Shown here: positions 58,071 through 64,000 of the stretch, in pieces
Numbering within the stretch: the stretch's first letter is position 1
Layout of the letters: the number at the start of each line of letters is the position of its first letter
Assembly: GCA_964572865.1 (NCBI GenBank)
Contig: CAZNGN010000001.1
Location: 99,662 to 163,661, forward strand
From: an uncultured Bacteriovoracaceae bacterium
GTDB lineage: Bacteria; Bdellovibrionota; UBA1018; UBA923
Length of the DNA: 64,000 bases
Direction of reading: 5' to 3'
Notes under the pieces: model-generated
Databases searched by the model: none
The model's input: the letters and a program-made list of their open reading frames with translations, nothing else
Told to the model about the DNA's origin: nothing
Position numbers and translations under genes: made by a program

Positions 58071-58969
58071 GTATTATTTTAAAGAAATTGCCCATCATTT
58101 TATTTGTAATGTATGTACTTGGGGCAACATTTGGCAATGCTTTAGAGGTACCAGACCTTAAAGCACGCATTACTGATCAAGTAGGAATACTGTCTAACTC
58201 CGCCAAAAATGATTTAGAGCAAAAAATTTATCAACACGAAAAAAAAACCAGCGTTCAAATTGCTGTTTTGATTATTCCAAGTTTAGAAGGTGAGTCACTT
58301 GAAGATTTTTCGCTCAAGGTTGCAGAAAAAGCAAAAATCGGACAAAAAGGAAAAGACAACGGCGTATTATTTTTAATGGCCATTCAAGATAGACTCATGC
58401 GTATCGAAGTGGGATACGGATTAGAAGGTCAAATTCCTGATGCACGTACAAGAAGAATTCAAGAGGGCGCTAAACAGTATTTTCGTTCAGGTAGTTTTGA
58501 AGCAGGTGTTGCTTTTATCGTTAATAAACTGATTTTGTATTCTGATCCAGAAACAAAACCTGAACAAAAATCAACAGACAATGCATTGAACGATAAACGA
58601 GCGCTAATTTATTTAATATTATTTTTACTTATTCTATTTGTATTAATTCCATTTACAGGATTCATAATTTTACCGCTCATTTATAAATCTGGTAATGCAA
58701 TGTTAGGTGCTCCTTTTGGAATTATAGGAATTATTGTATTTGGAATTGCTCTAATTGTTTTTAAATTGTTTCTTCGATCGGTTTTGGGAAGATCTCTTCG
58801 AGATCAATTTTTCTCAGGACCTAGAATGGGACGCCGATCTGGATTTGGTGGTTGGGGAGGATTTGGCGGAGGTGGTTTTGGAGGCGGTGGTTTTGGTGGA
58901 GGCGGTTTCGGGGGCTTCGGAGGTGGTGGCGGAGGTTTTGGCGGCGGAGGAAGCTCTTCAAAGTGGTGA
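58067..58969 (+). CDS. TPM-domain protein (YgcG-like) with TM helices and Gly/Phe-rich C-terminal tail
   Basis: VGILSNSAKNDLEQKIYQHEKKTSVQIAVLIIPSLEGESLEDFSLKVAEKAKIGQKGKDNGVLFLMAIQDRLMRIEVGYGLEGQIPDA matches the TPM (TLP18.3/Psb32/MOLO-1) domain. Tail GGFGGGGFGGGGFGGGGFGGFGGGGGGFGGGGSSSKW. Confidence 0.75.
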   Translation: MSIILKKLPIILFVMYVLGATFGNALEVPDLKARITDQVGILSNSAKNDLEQKIYQHEKKTSVQIAVLIIPSLEGESLEDFSLKVAEKAKIGQKGKDNGVLFLMAIQDRLMRIEVGYGLEGQIPDARTRRIQEGAKQYFRSGSFEAGVAFIVNKLILYSDPETKPEQKSTDNALNDKRALIYLILFLLILFVLIPFTGFIILPLIYKSGNAMLGAPFGIIGIIVFGIALIVFKLFLRSVLGRSLRDQFFSGPRMGRRSGFGGWGGFGGGGFGGGGFGGGGFGGFGGGGGGFGGGGSSSKW

Positions 58970-58987
58970 TTTGAGCTAAAAAAACAT

Positions 58988-59635
58988 ATGAGTAAAAAAT
59001 ATTTTACAGAAGAAAATTTAAAACTAATTGAAGAAAATGTGAAACAGGTTGAATCGCAATCTGGTATCGAAGTTGTACCCGTTTTTGTAGAGCGTTCTCA
59101 TAACTATCCACAAGCATTTTGGCGATTAGTAGTTTTTTCACTCGCAGTATTGCTTTTAACTTTCGAAATTATACAGGTAAGTACAAGTAATACCTGGGAT
59201 GAAAATCATAAATTATTTTTAAATATTAATATCATTTTAGGCATTGAATTCATTTTTATTTTCGTCATTGCCAAAATATTTAATTTATCAAAATATTTTC
59301 TACATGAAGAAGAAATAAACCGAGAAACATTTCGTTGTGCCCAAACTGATTTTTTAAAATATGAAGTATTTAAAACTAAAAATAGAATTGGTGTTTTAAT
59401 TCATTTAAGTTTTCTTGAAAGAAAAATAAACATTTTAGCTGATAGTGGAATTTTTTCTAAAACCAAACAAGAAGATTGGGATGCGATCGCCCAATATATT
59501 AGTCAAGAGTTTAAAAAAGGTCATTCAACTCAAGCGTTAATCCGTGCCATTGAAATGTGTGGTGAATTGGCTAAAAAAGTAGGAATTGAACCAGAATTAT
59601 CTCATTCGAATGAATTAGATGATAAACTTAGATAA
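58988..59635 (+). CDS. Second TPM-like domain membrane protein
   Basis: SGIEVVPVFVERSH... and IGVLIHLSFLERKINILADSGI resemble TPM core strands; central TM helix LVVFSLAVLLLTF. Paired with the upstream TPM gene, as commonly seen. Confidence 0.45.
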   Translation: MSKKYFTEENLKLIEENVKQVESQSGIEVVPVFVERSHNYPQAFWRLVVFSLAVLLLTFEIIQVSTSNTWDENHKLFLNINIILGIEFIFIFVIAKIFNLSKYFLHEEEINRETFRCAQTDFLKYEVFKTKNRIGVLIHLSFLERKINILADSGIFSKTKQEDWDAIAQYISQEFKKGHSTQALIRAIEMCGELAKKVGIEPELSHSNELDDKLR

Positions 59636-59639
59636 TAGA

Positions 59640-60149
59640 TTACCTAGTAGATAATCCAATAATTTTTTTTCTTGGTACCTTTTTTTCTGCAACCAAATCC
59701 TCAATTGTTTTAAAAACTATATCAAATTGATAATTATATTTCTTTTCTAAATCTTTTAATTTTCTATTTAAATCATTATGGCTAATTAAAAACTCTCTCA
59801 TTTTAACGAATGCTCGCATAATTTTAATATTAACATCAATTGCTTTGTTGCTGTTTAATACCGAAGAGAGCATTGCGATACCTTGTTCAGTGAAAGCATA
59901 AGGATTTGTTCTTCGACCACCCCATCTTGAGGTCGCAAAATGCGACCTCAAGTTGGAAGTCTCTTGATCGGTAAGAATGAACATAAAATCTTTAGGAAAG
60001 CGTTTTAAGTTTCGTTTTACTTGTTCATTGAGTCTTTTTGTTGGAACTTCGTAAAGTTCTGACAAATCAAGATCGATCATAATTTTAACGCCTTGAATTA
60101 TGTAAATTTTGCTTTCAATATATTCAATTGGTAAAGTTTCTTTCTTCAT
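59640..60149 (-). CDS. ORF6N (KilA-N-related) domain protein
   Basis: IMIDLDLSELYEVPTKRLNEQVKRNLKRFPKDFMFILTDQE is a near-consensus ORF6N domain; the C-terminal half is helical (ORF6C-like). Confidence 0.7.
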   Translation of the reverse strand: MKKETLPIEYIESKIYIIQGVKIMIDLDLSELYEVPTKRLNEQVKRNLKRFPKDFMFILTDQETSNLRSHFATSRWGGRRTNPYAFTEQGIAMLSSVLNSNKAIDVNIKIMRAFVKMREFLISHNDLNRKLKDLEKKYNYQFDIVFKTIEDLVAEKKVPRKKIIGLSTR

Positions 60150-60299
60150 ATATTTCCTGAATAGTCAGAAGTGCATTTAAAGTGGCAAACTTCGATATGA
60201 TTTGAGTATTCAAATGCTGAAAATTTCTATTGTTTAATAGGCTACGCATCATGCCTAAACTCTTGTTTTACTTCATAAATCAGGTCATTATAATTGGCT

Positions 60300-60617
60300 A
60301 TGACTACAAAAGAATTTGATATAGAAACTGTGAAAAAGGTGGCTCACCTTGCACGATTAGAAATTAGCGAAGATGAAGCAAAAGTGTATGCTTCACAAAT
60401 CGGACACGTTCTCAAATACATTGATAAATTGAATGAACTCAATACAACGAATGTTGAACCCATTACACAAGTTTTAACAATTGAAACTCCCATGAGAGAA
60501 GATGTGGTTACTGAATCTTTAGGTGCTGAGGCAGTACTGGCTCCCGCTCCTGAACAATTATTTGAAAATTATAAAGTTCCACAAGTGATTGCTTCTAAAG
60601 ATGGAGGCGAGGGATGA
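60300..60617 (+). CDS. gatC: Asp-tRNA(Asn)/Glu-tRNA(Gln) amidotransferase subunit C
   Basis: MTTKEFDIETVKKVAHLARLEISEDE is the canonical GatC N-terminus. ATG at 60300; the track start at 60294 is a TTG. Stop overlaps the gatA start. Confidence 0.85.
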   Translation: MTTKEFDIETVKKVAHLARLEISEDEAKVYASQIGHVLKYIDKLNELNTTNVEPITQVLTIETPMREDVVTESLGAEAVLAPAPEQLFENYKVPQVIASKDGGEG

Positions 60618-62071
60618 TCTCGAAACTTCATGATGCACTAAAAGCTAAGAAAATTTCATCCACTGAAATTACGAAACATTATTTATCTCGTATTAAAGCT
60701 GACAAAACAAATTCTTATATCACAGTAACAGAAGAAAATGCGCTGGCTTCTGCGAAGAAAGCTGATGAAGCATTTGCGGCAGGTCGTGCGGGAATTCTCA
60801 CGGGCATTCCTGTTGGTTTAAAAGATTTGTTATGCACTAAAGGTGTAAAAACAACTTGTGCATCAAAAATTTTAGGTGATTACAAACCACCATACAATGC
60901 CACAACGGTTGATCGTTTAGAAAAAGCAGGAACAGTAAGTCTTGGCAAATTAAACATGGATGAATTTGCGATGGGCGGTTCAAACGAAAACTCTGCGTTT
61001 GGTCCTGTGAAAAATCCTGTAAATTTAGATCACGTTGCAGGCGGATCTTCAGGAGGCTCGGTTGCCGCTGTGAAAGCAGGTCTTGCCGTTGCTACACTCG
61101 GATCAGATACCGGCGGATCGATTCGTTTGCCGGCTTCTTTTTGTGGAGTGGTTGGGTTGAAACCTACATACGGTGTTTTAAGCCGATACGGTTTAGTTGC
61201 CTTCGCAAGTTCACTAGATCAAATTGGTCCTGTGGGCGTTGATACAGAAGATTGCGCAATCATGCTTTCTGAAATGTCAGGGCATGATCCATGCGACACA
61301 ACTTCTTATCCTAAGAAAAAAGAAAATTATTTAGAAGGAATGCGAGCTCAAGCAGGTCGCAAACTTACAATTGGGTTACCGAAAGAATATTATATCGGAG
61401 GGCTTCAAAAAGAAGTGCAAGCTTCAATCGATCAAACGAGAAAAGCATTAGAAAAACAGGGACATAAATTTGTAGAGATTTCACTCCCACATACCGAATA
61501 TTCGGTTGCGGTTTACTATATCGTAGCAGTATCTGAAGCTTCATCAAATCTTGCGCGCTTTGATGGCGTTCGATTTGGTTCAAGACTTGGTGGAAACATG
61601 TCTTTAACCGACATGTATAAAAAAACTCGCAGCCAATTTGGTGCTGAAGTGAAACGTAGAATATTGCTCGGCACGTATGCATTGAGTGCGGGCTATTACG
61701 ATGCATATTACAAAAAAGCATGTCAGGTTCGAAATTTAATCAAACAAGATTTCGATAAAGTATTTGGAGGAATTGGTGGGGCTACAAAAGTAGACGCAAT
61801 CATGGCGCCAACTGCTCCTACCACTGCATACAAATTGGGAGCAAAAACAGCGGACCCTTTGCAAATGTATTTATACGATATTTTTACAATTCCTGTGAAT
61901 TTGGCAGGATTACCTGGCATATCTACACCGATTGGTCGCGATCAAAACGGATTGCCAATTGGTGTGCAATTTATTGGTCCGCATTTTTCTGAAAACACAT
62001 TGCTAGCAATTTCAGAACAAATTGAAAAAAATCATTACAAAGAAGAGGTGAGCCATGGCCTCACAATTTGA
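60614..62071 (+). CDS. gatA: Glu-tRNA(Gln)/Asp-tRNA(Asn) amidotransferase subunit A
   Basis: Amidase signature [33 protein letters not shown]; 485 aa; lies between gatC and gatB. Confidence 0.95.
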   Translation: MISKLHDALKAKKISSTEITKHYLSRIKADKTNSYITVTEENALASAKKADEAFAAGRAGILTGIPVGLKDLLCTKGVKTTCASKILGDYKPPYNATTVDRLEKAGTVSLGKLNMDEFAMGGSNENSAFGPVKNPVNLDHVAGGSSGGSVAAVKAGLAVATLGSDTGGSIRLPASFCGVVGLKPTYGVLSRYGLVAFASSLDQIGPVGVDTEDCAIMLSEMSGHDPCDTTSYPKKKENYLEGMRAQAGRKLTIGLPKEYYIGGLQKEVQASIDQTRKALEKQGHKFVEISLPHTEYSVAVYYIVAVSEASSNLARFDGVRFGSRLGGNMSLTDMYKKTRSQFGAEVKRRILLGTYALSAGYYDAYYKKACQVRNLIKQDFDKVFGGIGGATKVDAIMAPTAPTTAYKLGAKTADPLQMYLYDIFTIPVNLAGLPGISTPIGRDQNGLPIGVQFIGPHFSENTLLAISEQIEKNHYKEEVSHGLTI

Positions 62072-63509
62072 AGCAGTCATAGGTCTTGAAGTTCACGCAC
62101 AGTTAATGACAAACACAAAAATATTTTGTGGATGTTCTACTAACTTTCATGCTTCATCAAATGCTAATACTTGTCCTGTGTGTACAGGGCAACCTGGTGC
62201 TTTGCCTGTATTAAATAAAAAAGCAGTTGAATATGCGATCAAAGCTGCACTTGCTACAAATTGCCAAGTTCGTTTGAAGTCTGTTTTTTCGCGTAAAAAT
62301 TATTTTTATCCAGACCTTCCTAAAGGTTATCAAATTTCTCAATTTGATCTTCCGATTGCTGAAGAAGGCTACTTAGATATTGAAGTGGGTGGAACTCCTC
62401 AAAAACCTGAACTTGCAACTTTAAAACGCGTTGGAATTCAACGTATTCATATGGAAGAAGACGCAGGTAAATCTGTTCACGGTCAGGGTTATTCGATGGT
62501 GAATTTAAACCGTGCTTGTACACCGTTAATTGAAATTGTTTCAAAGCCTGATTTGCGTTCTGCTGAAGAAGCGGGAGCTTACTTACGTAAACTACGCGCA
62601 GTTTTAATGTACATAGATGTTTGTGATGGAAACATGCAAGAAGGCAGCTTTCGATGTGACGCTAACGTTTCAGTTCGACCACGCGGACAAGAAAAATTTG
62701 GAACTCGAGCTGAAATTAAAAACGTAAATTCATTTCGATTTGTAGAAAAAGCAATCGAATATGAAATCAATCGTCAAATTCAAGTAATTGAATCGGGTGG
62801 AAAAGTGATTCAAGAAACAAGAACATACGATTCAGGTAAAAACATCACCACTTCGATGCGCGGAAAAGAAGAAGCACATGACTATAGATATTTTCCTGAA
62901 CCAGATTTAATAACACTTAAATTAAGTGATGCTCAGGTTAAGGCTCAAAAAGATTCTATGCCAGAGCTTCCTGATCAAAAGAAAGAACGCTACATAAAAG
63001 AAATGCAAATTCCCGCATACGATGCAGCTGTAATTACTTCTTCTAAAAAAATGGCAGCATTTTTTGAAGATGCAGTGAAATCTTGTGGAGAACCTAAAAC
63101 AGTTTCTAATTATGTTATGGGAGAAATGTTGCGTTTACTAAAAGCTGATGAGCGTGAAATTGATGATCTCACAATGAAAGCTGAAGATTTGGGCGCATTA
63201 ATTAAATTAATTAAAGGCGGCACTATTTCAAACAGCATCGGTAAAACTGTTTTTGAAGAAATGTATAAAACAGGAAAGTCACCAGATGTAATCGTAAAAG
63301 AAAAAGGGTTGATGCAAATTTCAGATACGGGAGCTATCGAAAAAGCAATTGATGAAGTAATCGCTGCTTCTCCGCAACAATTGGCGGACTATCGCTCTGG
63401 TAAAGATAAACTTTTCGGATTTTTTGTAGGCCAAGTGATGAAGAAAATGGCTGGCAAAGCAAATCCAGGAATGATTAACGATATTTTAAAGAAAAAACTT
63501 TCAGGCTGA
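62055..63509 (+). CDS. gatB: Glu-tRNA(Gln)/Asp-tRNA(Asn) amidotransferase subunit B
   Basis: [17 protein letters not shown]...KIFCGCS is the canonical GatB N-terminus; C-terminal YqeY-like domain; 484 aa. Confidence 0.95.
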   Translation: MASQFEAVIGLEVHAQLMTNTKIFCGCSTNFHASSNANTCPVCTGQPGALPVLNKKAVEYAIKAALATNCQVRLKSVFSRKNYFYPDLPKGYQISQFDLPIAEEGYLDIEVGGTPQKPELATLKRVGIQRIHMEEDAGKSVHGQGYSMVNLNRACTPLIEIVSKPDLRSAEEAGAYLRKLRAVLMYIDVCDGNMQEGSFRCDANVSVRPRGQEKFGTRAEIKNVNSFRFVEKAIEYEINRQIQVIESGGKVIQETRTYDSGKNITTSMRGKEEAHDYRYFPEPDLITLKLSDAQVKAQKDSMPELPDQKKERYIKEMQIPAYDAAVITSSKKMAAFFEDAVKSCGEPKTVSNYVMGEMLRLLKADEREIDDLTMKAEDLGALIKLIKGGTISNSIGKTVFEEMYKTGKSPDVIVKEKGLMQISDTGAIEKAIDEVIAASPQQLADYRSGKDKLFGFFVGQVMKKMAGKANPGMINDILKKKLSG

Positions 63510-63520
63510 AGGAGACTTAA

Positions 63521-64000
63521 ATGAAAACAGTTCTTAAAATTGTAGGTGGATTCATTGCATTGTTGTTAGTGGCAATCGTAGTAATTCCATTTGTTGTGAA
63601 TGTAGATAAATACAGACCAATGATCGTGAGTAAAGCCAATGAAATGATCAATGGCAAGTTAGAAATCGGAAAGCTTTCATTGTCTCTTTGGGGAAAAGTA
63701 AAGGTAGGTATCGATGGCGTGAAGCTCACCGATCCGCATGGTAAAACAGTACTCTCTGTAAAAGATGCAGATGTGACCATCCCAGTTTCTAGTTTGATGT
63801 CAGGATCTCCTGAAATGCGATTAGATTTAGTTCAACCTGAAATTTTGGTTGTTAAAAATCGTGAAGGCAAAATGAATGTAATGTCTTTAATGAAGGAGCA
63901 ACCTAAGTCAGATACATCAGCACAAGCAGCAGGCTCTGGTCAAACACAAGCAACTGCCGGCGGCCAATCTGGAATGCCTGAAATTGTAATGAAATCTCGA
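63521..64000 (+). CDS. AsmA-family protein, 3'-partial (runs off the window end)
   Basis: RBS GGAGA. MKTVLKIVGGFIALLLVAIVVIPFVVNVDKYRPMIVSKANEMINGKLEIGKLSLSLWGKVKVGIDGVKLTDPHGKTVL is a typical AsmA N-terminus (TM anchor plus repeat start). The frame is open to nt 64000. Confidence 0.6.
   Translation, partial: MKTVLKIVGGFIALLLVAIVVIPFVVNVDKYRPMIVSKANEMINGKLEIGKLSLSLWGKVKVGIDGVKLTDPHGKTVLSVKDADVTIPVSSLMSGSPEMRLDLVQPEILVVKNREGKMNVMSLMKEQPKSDTSAQAAGSGQTQATAGGQSGMPEIVMKSR

Noticed and set aside
1-64000. Search for tRNA, rRNA, CRISPR arrays, IS elements and integrases
   Set aside because: No T-psi-C-like GGTTCGAATCC motifs, no spaced direct-repeat arrays, and no transposase or integrase-like translations were seen in any frame.

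Overview
The window is a 64 kb AT-rich (roughly 35-40% GC) bacterial chromosomal segment with dense, mostly operonic coding. I found no rRNA, tRNA, CRISPR array, transposase or integrase. Gene content is recognisable from the translations. Two paralogous short flagellins sit at 1..806 (5' partial) and 28508..29341. A heat-shock block grpE-dnaK-dnaJ is followed by fliD-fliS and a downstream candidate accessory cluster (TPR protein, a 46-codon ORF, and a GT9/heptosyltransferase-like protein with an extra C-terminal domain). rarA, nadK, recN and lpxH follow. An extremely AT-rich ArnT/PMT-like GT-C membrane glycosyltransferase abuts the second flagellin. Further genes are tatC, rpsF-(DUF2232-like membrane protein)-rplI-dnaB and a phasin-like gene. 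A giant 1313-aa lipoprotein heads a tightly overlapping MoxR AAA / DUF58 / VWA / VWA-TPR / BatD-like (Bat-type) operon. The 3' end carries glutamine synthetase type III, an SDR, a UvrD-family helicase, a TPM-domain pair, an orphan ORF6N (KilA-N-like) gene, gatCAB and a partial AsmA-family gene. The gene set (multiple ~277-aa flagellins, GSIII, Bat operon, low GC) is compatible with a low-GC Bdellovibrionota-like predator, but that is inference only. Most worth follow-up: (i) the fliD-fliS-linked TPR + GT-B glycosyltransferase module as a possible split FlmG-like flagellin glycosylation system; (ii) the giant lipoprotein coupled to the MoxR-VWA operon; (iii) lpxH, the AT-rich ArnT-like GT-C and a PAP2 phosphatase as a possible lipid A remodelling set; (iv) a possible eRF1/Pelota-like (baeRF) protein behind a 615-bp intergenic region with tiny ORFs; (v) a perfect 12-bp inverted repeat upstream of the phasin-like gene. 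All product calls rest on motif recognition by eye; no database search was possible.
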